From positions 800,001 to 864,000 of the forward strand of contig CAWJSJ010000001.1 of the NCBI GenBank assembly GCA_963845565.1: a stretch of 64,000 nt of DNA. Reading direction: 5' to 3'. Shown piece after piece: positions 46,625-55,357 of this stretch (the first letter of the stretch is position 1; every line of letters begins with the position of its first letter). The notes under the pieces are model-generated. The model was not told the DNA's origin, ran no database searches, and saw only the letters and a list, made by a program, of their open reading frames with translations. This stretch comes from an uncultured Methylomirabilota bacterium (GTDB lineage Bacteria > Methylomirabilota > Methylomirabilia > Methylomirabilales > 2-02-FULL-66-22). A program made the translations under genes and the position numbers.

Positions 46625-48070
46625 TCATGCCACCGTAATGGAATCGAGCAGTGACTGCTGGGATTGCAATTGGAGTAACATCTCCTGCAAGGTGGTGTAT
46701 TGGTCCAGCAGCGTGGCTTGCTTGATCTTCAGATACGCTTCTTGCTGCTCGATTGCGCGATTCACGCTGTCGAGCCGCGACGCGGTAGCTGCCAGCGCGT
46801 TGTCCAGCGTCCCGCCGGCCGTGACGAATCCGTTGAGTCGTGTGCTGAGACGATTGGCGACGCCGTCCGGGGAGTTGAAGAGCGCGGTCACCCCGTCCGG
46901 ATTGTCCGTCAGCGCCTTGGTGAACTTGGTCGTATCGCTGATGCTCAGCGTCCCGTCCTTGCCCGCGGTGATCCCGATCTCGGACAGCGCCACCGGCCCA
47001 CCTGGCACCCCGGTGGCGATCCGGCCTCCGACATCCGCGCGGAGATTCATCATCAACGACAGATAGGTGGACTCCGACGCGAGGGTGCCGCGGGTGACCG
47101 CCTTGACCTCCGTCGCTCCCGCGGCCGTCGTGTCCGTGGACACGCTGACGCCGGTCCGCTCCTTGAGGAACTTGATCGTCGTGTTGTACGCGTCGAGGAA
47201 CGCCTGCACCTTGCCCTGGATCGCCTTGTCGTCCGGGCCCACCGTCAGCGCCACGGGGACCGCATCCGCGGTCTGCGTCGCCGTGAGACGGAAGGTGACG
47301 CCGGTCAACACGTCGTCCACGGTGTTGGCCCCGCGCGTGATGGTCAGACCGTCGAAGACGAACCGGGCATCCAGTTGGTCACTGGCATAGAGAAAACCGC
47401 CCGTGGTGCCGCTCGATTGCACCCCGCTGTTTGCGCCCGTCGCCGCAACCAACGTTCCGCTCTGGTCGGCGAGGGCGATCGCGTTGGCGGACCCGCTTTC
47501 TGCGCTTGCCAGCACCAAGCGCGCGGTCGACGGCGAGTCGTTGACGACGGAGGCGGTGACCTTTGCCTCGGACCCATTGATGGCCGCCGCCATCGCACTC
47601 AGCACCGTCCGGTTGTCGTCGGCGGCGCCGATGGCGACCGTCACGTCCGTGTCGACACCGTTCACGGAAATGCGGAACGTGTGCGAGCCCGCACCCACCG
47701 CCCCGACCAGTTCCGTCCCCGCGTGCGACCATTGCGTGGAGACCACGGTGCTCTGTCGGGCGAGCTGTGTCACCAACAGCGTGTGCGTCCCGCTCGTCGC
47801 CCCCGACGAGGCCGTCGCCGTGGCCACGTTCCCGTTACTCGAAATGACCGTCTTCGCCCCGAAGGGAGACAGCGTCCCGGGTCGCACCAACCCTTGGACC
47901 TGGGTGTTCAGCGCGCTGAGATTGCTGCGCAAGTCGGTCAGCGTCGCGGAGCGTTTGTTGAGCGCCTGTTGGTCCGATCGGTATACCTTCGACGCTCCGC
48001 TCTGCCGCTCCAGGTCGATGAGCTGCGCCACGTAGCCACTGAGATCTGAGGTCCCGCTGATCGTCGCCAT
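46625..48070 (-). CDS. fliD: Filament cap protein FliD
   Basis: VAQLIDLER, VTQLA, NTVDDVLTGVTF, FLDAYN, LSEIGI. Confidence 0.93.
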   Translation of the reverse strand: MATISGTSDLSGYVAQLIDLERQSGASKVYRSDQQALNKRSATLTDLRSNLSALNTQVQGLVRPGTLSPFGAKTVISSNGNVATATASSGATSGTHTLLVTQLARQSTVVSTQWSHAGTELVGAVGAGSHTFRISVNGVDTDVTVAIGAADDNRTVLSAMAAAINGSEAKVTASVVNDSPSTARLVLASAESGSANAIALADQSGTLVAATGANSGVQSSGTTGGFLYASDQLDARFVFDGLTITRGANTVDDVLTGVTFRLTATQTADAVPVALTVGPDDKAIQGKVQAFLDAYNTTIKFLKERTGVSVSTDTTAAGATEVKAVTRGTLASESTYLSLMMNLRADVGGRIATGVPGGPVALSEIGITAGKDGTLSISDTTKFTKALTDNPDGVTALFNSPDGVANRLSTRLNGFVTAGGTLDNALAATASRLDSVNRAIEQQEAYLKIKQATLLDQYTTLQEMLLQLQSQQSLLDSITVA

Positions 48071-48110
48071 GCGCCCTCACTGCATCGAGACGGGTCCGGC
48101 GCCCCGGTCG

Positions 48111-48464
48111 TTAGGCGGTCCGACCCGCGACGGCGTCTTCCCACGCCTTCTTCAGTTGCCGCAAGATGTGGGCCGCATCGGTGAAGTGCTGCCGCCGGAT
48201 CTCCCACAAGCAGTACTCGTACAAGCGAAAGAGATCCGTGGCGATTTCACCCGCATCGAAGTTCAGCGCGCCGATCAATTCCGTGACGGCCCGGCTGGCA
48301 CGCTGCGGATCGCGCGCTTCGCACTGTACGATGGCCTGCTCGTACACCATGACGAGCAGTTGCATCGGGCTGGCACTGAGGATCTGCTGGTCGCGGTACT
48401 GACTATACATACCCGGTCGCGGAACCGGTCGGACAGGGGCGTCAAGTAGTGACTGAGGCAGCAT
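48111..48464 (-). CDS. fliS: Flagellin chaperone FliS
   Basis: ILSASPMQLLVMVYEQAI, ELIGALN, LFRLYEY, LKKAW. Confidence 0.93.
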   Translation of the reverse strand: MLPQSLLDAPVRPVPRPGMYSQYRDQQILSASPMQLLVMVYEQAIVQCEARDPQRASRAVTELIGALNFDAGEIATDLFRLYEYCLWEIRRQHFTDAAHILRQLKKAWEDAVAGRTA

Positions 48465-48491
48465 AGTGTCCTCTCTTGAACGAGGGGAAGT

Positions 48492-48525
48492 CCTCAGGGT
48501 GGGCCGTTACCGGCCCACCCTGAGG
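48492..48525 (-). terminator. Perfect 15-bp hairpin between fliC and fliS
   Basis: CCTCAGGGTGGGCCG-TTAC-CGGCCCACCCTGAGG; weak U-tract. Confidence 0.7.
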
Positions 48526-48533
48526 CGTGTGCA

Positions 48534-49373
48534 CTACCGGAAGAGCGACAGCACGCTCTGCGGCGCCGTGTTTGCCTGGGCCAACTGGGCAGTCGCCAGT
48601 TGCCGCAGGATCTGGTACCGGGTAGATTCCACCTGCTCCTTGGCCACATCGGCATCCAGGATACGGCTCTTGGCAGCCGTAGTGTTGACGATGGCCACGC
48701 TCAGGTTGTTCTCCACCAAGCGCATGCGTTGGACCACCGACCCGATCGACTGCACCTGGGTCGCGACCGTGTTGATGGCCGTGTTCACGCTCGCCATCGA
48801 GTTACAGGCCGCCGACGAATCCGTCACGCTGACACTGGTCAGCGAGAGCGCGGTCGCGTCGTAGCTGGCGCTGATGCTGAAGCTGATGTAGTCGGTCTCG
48901 GTGTCGCCCGTCTGGAACCGCCGGTTGGTGAAGGTTCCGTCGAGCATCTTGGTTCCGTTGAACGTGGTCTGCGCCGCAATCCGGGTGATTTCATCCCGAA
49001 GCGCGGTGAGCTGCGTGTTGATGGCGGTGCGCTCCGTGCTGCCCAGCGTGTCGCTGGCGCCCTGCACCACCAGGTCCTTCATGTCGAGCAGGATCTGGTT
49101 GATGTTGTTCAGGCCACCTTCGGCGATGGACAACGCGTTGCTGGCCGTGCCCACCGAATCCAGAGCCACCGAGAGGCCGCGGGCCCGCTTGTCGAACGAC
49201 GTCGCGATGGAGTATCCGGACGGATCGTCCGCCGCCTCGTTGATGCGTCGGCCGGTGGAGAGGCGAAGCTGGCTGATCTCCAGCTTCTTGTTGATGCTCA
49301 TCAGGGAATTGAGGCCGTTCAGGGCACCGATGTTGGCATTGACTCGATTCGCGTCACCGACTGCCATGGTCAT
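48534..49373 (-). CDS. fliC: Flagellin, 279 aa (minimal D0/D1 type)
   Basis: RLSTGRRINEAADDPSG, IAEGGL, TTFNG, SRILDADVA, LAQAN.APQSVLSL. Confidence 0.97.
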   Translation of the reverse strand: MTMAVGDANRVNANIGALNGLNSLMSINKKLEISQLRLSTGRRINEAADDPSGYSIATSFDKRARGLSVALDSVGTASNALSIAEGGLNNINQILLDMKDLVVQGASDTLGSTERTAINTQLTALRDEITRIAAQTTFNGTKMLDGTFTNRRFQTGDTETDYISFSISASYDATALSLTSVSVTDSSAACNSMASVNTAINTVATQVQSIGSVVQRMRLVENNLSVAIVNTTAAKSRILDADVAKEQVESTRYQILRQLATAQLAQANTAPQSVLSLFR

Positions 49374-49557
49374 CTACCTCCGTGTGAGGGAGCCGCGATC
49401 CGTCGCTGGCTCCCAAGCGGCCGGACGTCCGTGTCCGACCTTCGCCCGCCTTCTCCCGGAAGACACCTTCCGTGTGTGGCGGACAGGGATGGGTTGACTC
49501 TGACGAGAAACGCGTTCACCTCCTTCGCTGGCTGATTCTCGTCCATGAGCGCCATTA
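49374..49557 (-). promoter_or_regulatory. fliC 5' leader with six CsrA/RsmA-type ANGGA sites
   Basis: ANGGA at 49542-46, 49521-25, 49469-73, 49428-32, 49399-403 and 49379-83 (the last is the SD); four lie in hairpin loops. Confidence 0.75.
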
Positions 49558-49563
49558 CCATGT

Positions 49564-49590
49564 CTATCGGTCCCGCGGCGAGAAACATGA
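49564..49590 (-). promoter_or_regulatory. sigma28 promoter of fliC
   Basis: TCATGTTT-N11-ACCGATAG versus consensus TAAAGTTT-N11-GCCGATAA. Confidence 0.8.
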
Positions 49591-49700
49591 GGTCGAAATC
49601 ACCCCGGATCTTCCGGTGCCGAATTCGCCGGCGGTACCAACCGGTACCCCACGGCAACCGACGGTAGAGAAGTGCCGCAATTGCGGAATCCGCACGGCGT

Positions 49701-50720
49701 CTATTCGTTCGCGGTCGAGCCGCGTCGCAACCGGACGGCCCCCACATCAAGGATCCCGCGGCAGTGCGCAAGAACGGCGTCCAGCTTGCTGGCGTCCTCG
49801 ATGCGCTCACCTGCCGACGCACGGATTCGGGTGAAGAGCGGATAGGCCTGTTCCACCTGTCCCTGGAACAAGAGCGCCAAGGCGAGCACGTGGAGGGAGA
49901 GCAGGTTATCCGGATCCGCCGCGAGGCTTGCCTCGGCGTGTCGGACGGCGCCCACAAGCTCATTCTCCGCCAGCGCGAGCTGGGCGAGTTTCATGTGCGC
50001 AAGGTCTGCCGTCTCGTGTCCCAGCACCTGCTCCCCGGCGGCAAGGGCTCGACGAAGCGCGGTACGGGCCTCCGGAACTCTCTGCAAACTCTTGTACGTT
50101 GCGCCGATGTGGTAATAGACGTAGGGATCGTCCGATCCCGCCGCGATCATCTGCTCCAACAGCGCCAGATTTCTTGTTGCACGCTCAACCCCGCCCTGGG
50201 CGTTGCGGCCGACATACCCGTGATGGATGACGGTCAGATCCACATCGGCAACCGTCCCGCCGGCCCGCAGCACCGCGGGGGTGACCTGCTCGTGGATCGC
50301 GCCCTCGTACCGGTACTCCGGACGATTCCGGAACAGGCGGGTGATGCGCGCGTCATAGAACCCGCACAGGGCGCCCCGCGGTTGAAGGTTTCGGACCCGC
50401 ACACGCCCCGCGTCCCACCCTGCGTCCTCCACTACCGCCCGCAACCGGTGCGTGTCTGCGCCGTCCAGCTCCTCATCCGCGTCCAGGATCAACACCCAGT
50501 CGCCCATGACGTGCGCCAGGGCGGCATTTCGCGCGCGGGCGAAGTCGTGATTCCATGCGCCCTGGACCACGCGAGCGCCGTGCGCGGCGGCGATGCGCAC
50601 CGTAGCGTCACGCGAACCGGTGTCGAACACCACCATTTCGTCGACGCCTTGCGCCACGCTGGCAAGACTCCGAGGCAAATCCCGCGCTTCATCGCACACG
50701 ATCATGCACAGCGAGATCAT
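49701..50720 (-). CDS. GT2 glycosyltransferase with TPRs (flagellin-glycosylation type)
   Basis: ISLCMIVCDE, DTGSRD, DFARARN, LDADE, YEGAIHEQ, HHGY; TPR helices. Confidence 0.9.
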   Translation of the reverse strand: MISLCMIVCDEARDLPRSLASVAQGVDEMVVFDTGSRDATVRIAAAHGARVVQGAWNHDFARARNAALAHVMGDWVLILDADEELDGADTHRLRAVVEDAGWDAGRVRVRNLQPRGALCGFYDARITRLFRNRPEYRYEGAIHEQVTPAVLRAGGTVADVDLTVIHHGYVGRNAQGGVERATRNLALLEQMIAAGSDDPYVYYHIGATYKSLQRVPEARTALRRALAAGEQVLGHETADLAHMKLAQLALAENELVGAVRHAEASLAADPDNLLSLHVLALALLFQGQVEQAYPLFTRIRASAGERIEDASKLDAVLAHCRGILDVGAVRLRRGSTANE

Positions 50721-50744
50721 GCACCCCCTCGCACCGCCCGGCGC

Positions 50745-53700
50745 TCATCGCCGCGACGGCATGGTTCGCCGCACCGGCTGCAGCCGAAGCGCCTGGAGAC
50801 GTCGGTTCGCCTTGGCAGCCGCGGCATCCCACGTGAAATGGGACCGGATCCGGATGCTGCCCCGATGGCCGCGCGCGCGCGCCTCCTCGCGATGACTCGC
50901 GACCTGCCGCATCAGACTCGCCAAAGCGTCCACATCGGCTTCGCCGTAGTACGGAGCAGCCGCCAGTGCCGTCTGGCCGATCCGCCACTCGGTTTCGCGG
51001 CGCTCTACCGCCGGAATCAGATAGGCCGTCTCGTGATCGCAGAAATCCAGCGCCGCGCCGTAATTCGTCACCAGGACCGGCAGCGCGCAGGCCATCGCCT
51101 CCGCGATCGGCAGGCCGAACCCCTCTCCCCGGTAGGCGTGCACGAGGCAATCGCAAGCCGTGTAAAGAGCCGGCAGCTGCGCCGGCGGTAGATCGTCGGT
51201 CAGATAGAGAATGCGCGGGGCGCCCGCCGTTCCTTGAATCCGGCGGATCATCTCCCCGAAGGTCTGCCCCCTGTAAAACGTCTGCGTGCCCATGTCCTTG
51301 ATGACCAGACACACATCCTGCGCCGCGGTGAACGCTTGGAGATAGGCCCGAAGAAGCAGGTCGATGCCCTTACGGACGATCGTCCCGCCGACGAAGAGGA
51401 ACTTATACGTGGACGACCCCACGTTCGGATGGGACGCTCCGCCGAGGTCGGAAAGAGCGAGAGGTTGCACGTGTGGATGAAACCGTTCGCAATCCACGCC
51501 GTTGGGAACGACGGCGACCCGGTCGGCGGGAACGCCGCTTCGCAGATAACACTCTCGCACGAAGGTCGAGGGTACCCATATCTCATCGACCATCGTGGAC
51601 ATGGGCTCGACCCACGTCTGCGGTATCCCCCCGTACTCCCACGGCTGGATCATTACCCATCGACCATCCGCCGGCGGTTCGAAGTTCGGGGGCCATTGGT
51701 GACGGAGGTGAATCTCGGCGGGACGCGAGAGCCTCGCTCCGACCCGGTCCGCGAGCGACGCGAGGCGCGCATCCGTGTGAGGATCGAACTCATCAGGCTC
51801 GAAGGGAAGAATGGATACTTCGTGCCCAGCCGCGATGAGCCGAAGGCACAATTCGCGATTGACGAGCGCCAAAGAGTGATGAACAAATTGCGACCCCTCC
51901 CAGGTGATCGCAAGCGGCCCGCTGTCCTTCCCGGTTCCGTTCTCGCGGCCCGCGTGTCGTGCCACCGATACCACTGGGGTGACGACCCGTGCAGCAATCT
52001 CTTCGAGCCGTTCCGCAACCCGTCCCGCCACATGGTGCCGGGTGAAATCTCCCAAGATGCGTCCCCGAGCTTCCAGACCCTTTGCCTGGCCGAGTTCCGG
52101 GTCCGTGACCACTTGACGCATGAGCCCACGCAGGTGCGAGATCGAGGGTTGCGCCCAACGGTGACCCCGGAAGTACGGCACCTCCCGACATGCCGACTCC
52201 TCCACCGGAACGACCGCACAGTCGATCAGAAACGCGGTGTCGTCGTCCATGAATTCCAAGTGGCCGCTCCAGCGGGTGGCGATCACCGGCAACGCCATCA
52301 GCATGGCTTCCATGAACGGGCGCCCCCACCCCTCGCCTCGCGTCGGCGATACGTAGGCGTTCGCCGCCCGGTATAACCCCGGCAATTGCCCGGCGGGCAG
52401 GTTCGACTCTAGAAACAGGACGTTCGGCGGGAGGCTGTCGGCCAGGCCCGATGCCCGAAGGACCGCCGTTGCCTGCTCCCGGAGTCGCGCCAGCGGCCAC
52501 CCTGAGGAGGACCAGACTTTGAGGATGAGGGCTACGTCCTCGTCCCTTGAAAACTCTTCCACGAAGGCACGGAGCAGCACGTCCCACCCTTTACGAAGGG
52601 TCCAGTCGAAGACCGAGAGGAAGTTGAACCCCCGCCCGCCTTCGAGCGCGATCGGCGGGACGTCCAGGCGAAACGGTCGCGGGTCGATCCCGCCCGGAAT
52701 CTTGACGAGTTTCTCCCTGACCACGCCGGCCGTCGCGAACGTGTCGATGTTGAAATCGCTCGGGACCCAGACCTCGTCCATCCGGTTGCAGGCGGCTACC
52801 CAGTCGGGGGGGATCCTGTCGGTCTCGAACATGGTGCGCCCGACATGGTAGCTGGCTTCGGGCATCCGCTGGAAGTTCGGGGGAAAGATGTGCGAGACGC
52901 CGACCACAGGCCCCCGAGTGCGGTCGAGGGATACCTCGGTAAGACCCTGCAACGCCGCAGTGTCCTTCGGCGGAAGTTCGGCCGTCGCCGTGTTCCAGGT
53001 AATGGGGACGACACAGACGGGCACGCCGAGCGTGTGGAGCCCCAGAACGAACTGTCGCGCCTCGTCCGCATAGCCGCTCGGATCGAAGATCGGGGCGTTC
53101 CATACCACCTGCGGCTGGGCGCGGTCTGGTCGCCGACCTGCCGGCGGCTGATCGGGGGGCGCGGTCACGCCAACAGCGCCGATGGTGGTTCGCCCCTCCT
53201 CGGCCTGCGCGGGCCGGAGCGCCGCCGACTCCACGAGCCGACCCCCAGCCGCACGCGTCGCCGCATGACGGAGGAAGGCTTCGGCGCTGGGCGGCCGCAA
53301 CTCGCCCCCTTGCCATCCTTCTCGAAGCCTCTGTTCGGCGTACTTCAGCCGGGCCACCATCTCGTACACGCCAGAACACAGCGAGAGGATGAACCCGTAC
53401 GCGTCGTCCTTCCTTCCCTCCGTCTCGTCGTAATACCAGCGGAACATCCGGCCGAACGACTCGGCGGTGTCCTGCCAGGTACACGGGGCTTGCCGCTCCC
53501 CCAACTTGACCGCCTCACCCGCCGTGTATCGGTTCAGCTTCTCGAAGTACGACGCGAGGTCCGGGTAGGTGTCGTGCACGATCGCATACGCCGGATCGTC
53601 CGCGGGAAACTTGACGATGGCCCCGTCGACGACCGGCCCTTGGTGGACGTATGGCTTCCAGTTGAAGCGACCGCGGCGCAGGAGCATGGGAGCCTTGTAG

Positions 53701-55340
53701 CCAGGATACCAGCCGCCAGCGTGACGGATCCACCGCCCGAGGAAGTGATTCCGGTACGGAAGTTGGACGCCCGCGACCTCCGCCGGAGCCCGTCGGAGGA
53801 AGGCGTCAATCCGGCTCGCCAGTTCGGGCGTCATGCGCTCATCGGCGTCGAGGTAGAGAATCCACTCGTTGGTCGCGCGCTGCGCGCTCACGTTACGCGC
53901 ACCATCGAAGTCACGAATAAGGGGGTGGGTTAGAATGATGGCACCGTACCGCCGAGCGATCTCGACGGTGCGGTCGGAACTCTCCATGTCCATGACGATC
54001 AGTTCGCCGGCCCAGCCGGCGACGCTCTCCAGACACGCCGCGATATTGCGCTCCTCGTTCCGCGTGTGCACGATCACGCTCACCGGAACCCGCAATCTCT
54101 CTCGACCAATCGCCGTGGCGACCTGCTCGACCTTCGCCCGGTCCACCGAACGCGCCCCGGTCGGTGCGACGGCGGTAAGCGACGCCGCCACGGTCGTGGT
54201 CGGGATCGCACTCAGGAGCGTCACCACTCTTTGTGCGTCGTCAAGATCGGCGTTCAGTTCCAGCGCACGAACCAAACTTGCCCGCGCGTCGTTGTCGCGC
54301 CCGACCGTCGCCTCGGCCATACCTTTCAATCGCCACGCCACCCACGGTTCCAGAAAGACTGGCTGGTCTGGAGGTTGCGCCCCTTCCGCCAGTGCTACCG
54401 CCTTTCCGTACGCGACAATCGCATCGTCCCACTGACCGAGTCGGGCCAGGGTCTGGCCTCGGAGCGCGTAACCGGATGCAAGTGTCGGCCATAGGGTGAC
54501 GGCACGATCAAGCGCCGCCAGGGCTTCTAAGAACGCCCCACGTTCGAATAGCGCCGCCCCGAGCTGCTGATACGCAGTTCCGAGTTCGGCGGCCACTCCC
54601 GTCTTTCCGGCACGGGGTCCACCCCCCTCCAACCGACCCAACCCACGCCGGTAGCAGGCAATGCTGGCATCGAGCTCCCCTAGCGACGCGTGGCACTCGG
54701 CCCGCTGAATCCACGCCAAGCCGTCCGCAGGATCCCGTTCCAATATCCCGGCCAGAATCCGCAGGTTCCGCGTCGCCTTGGACCGGACGACCTCCGGCCC
54801 GCCAAGAAACCCATGATGGTCAACGACAACGTCGGAATGCGCCACCGCAGCCTCGAACGGAATGGAGGGAAGGATGCACTCGTGGACGGCACCCATGTAC
54901 CGGACATGCGGATCCCGCCGGAACAACCGCGGAAGCCACGCGACTCGGGTCATTCCCGATTGCGCCGACGCCGGGGTTGGTGTTCGCTGCTGTACGAGGA
55001 AGGCCGACACGTCCGCCCGCTCACGCATCAGGCGTCGCACCAGAGACCGGCACTCCGGCCGGAGCCGCTCGTCCGCGTCCAACACCAGCGTCCAATCGCC
55101 ACGCGCGTGCACCAGGGACACATTCCGGGCCGCGGCGAAGTCGTCGGTCCAGGCGTGGCGAATCACCCGAGCACCGAGTCGCTCCGCAACCGCGATCGTC
55201 CCATCTGTGGAGCCGGTGTCCACCACGACGATTTCGTCTACAACCTCCCGCACGCTTTCCAGACAATCCGAAAGCCGGGTGGCTTCGTCCCGGACGATCA
55301 TGCACAGTGACAGCGTGTTGGGTTCAATCGGAGAGCGCAT
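50745..55340 (-). CDS. Multidomain glycosyltransferase GT2-TPR-GT2-GT4-GT4, 1531 aa
   Basis: Two LDADE GT-A domains; TPR block; two GT-B domains (GEGWGRPFMEAM; GEGFGLPIAEAM). Confidence 0.9.
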   Translation of the reverse strand: MRSPIEPNTLSLCMIVRDEATRLSDCLESVREVVDEIVVVDTGSTDGTIAVAERLGARVIRHAWTDDFAAARNVSLVHARGDWTLVLDADERLRPECRSLVRRLMRERADVSAFLVQQRTPTPASAQSGMTRVAWLPRLFRRDPHVRYMGAVHECILPSIPFEAAVAHSDVVVDHHGFLGGPEVVRSKATRNLRILAGILERDPADGLAWIQRAECHASLGELDASIACYRRGLGRLEGGGPRAGKTGVAAELGTAYQQLGAALFERGAFLEALAALDRAVTLWPTLASGYALRGQTLARLGQWDDAIVAYGKAVALAEGAQPPDQPVFLEPWVAWRLKGMAEATVGRDNDARASLVRALELNADLDDAQRVVTLLSAIPTTTVAASLTAVAPTGARSVDRAKVEQVATAIGRERLRVPVSVIVHTRNEERNIAACLESVAGWAGELIVMDMESSDRTVEIARRYGAIILTHPLIRDFDGARNVSAQRATNEWILYLDADERMTPELASRIDAFLRRAPAEVAGVQLPYRNHFLGRWIRHAGGWYPGYKAPMLLRRGRFNWKPYVHQGPVVDGAIVKFPADDPAYAIVHDTYPDLASYFEKLNRYTAGEAVKLGERQAPCTWQDTAESFGRMFRWYYDETEGRKDDAYGFILSLCSGVYEMVARLKYAEQRLREGWQGGELRPPSAEAFLRHAATRAAGGRLVESAALRPAQAEEGRTTIGAVGVTAPPDQPPAGRRPDRAQPQVVWNAPIFDPSGYADEARQFVLGLHTLGVPVCVVPITWNTATAELPPKDTAALQGLTEVSLDRTRGPVVGVSHIFPPNFQRMPEASYHVGRTMFETDRIPPDWVAACNRMDEVWVPSDFNIDTFATAGVVREKLVKIPGGIDPRPFRLDVPPIALEGGRGFNFLSVFDWTLRKGWDVLLRAFVEEFSRDEDVALILKVWSSSGWPLARLREQATAVLRASGLADSLPPNVLFLESNLPAGQLPGLYRAANAYVSPTRGEGWGRPFMEAMLMALPVIATRWSGHLEFMDDDTAFLIDCAVVPVEESACREVPYFRGHRWAQPSISHLRGLMRQVVTDPELGQAKGLEARGRILGDFTRHHVAGRVAERLEEIAARVVTPVVSVARHAGRENGTGKDSGPLAITWEGSQFVHHSLALVNRELCLRLIAAGHEVSILPFEPDEFDPHTDARLASLADRVGARLSRPAEIHLRHQWPPNFEPPADGRWVMIQPWEYGGIPQTWVEPMSTMVDEIWVPSTFVRECYLRSGVPADRVAVVPNGVDCERFHPHVQPLALSDLGGASHPNVGSSTYKFLFVGGTIVRKGIDLLLRAYLQAFTAAQDVCLVIKDMGTQTFYRGQTFGEMIRRIQGTAGAPRILYLTDDLPPAQLPALYTACDCLVHAYRGEGFGLPIAEAMACALPVLVTNYGAALDFCDHETAYLIPAVERRETEWRIGQTALAAAPYYGEADVDALASLMRQVASHREEARARGHRGSIRIRSHFTWDAAAAKANRRLQALRLQPVRRTMPSRR

Positions 55341-55357
55341 CGGCGCGTCGTCCTCTT

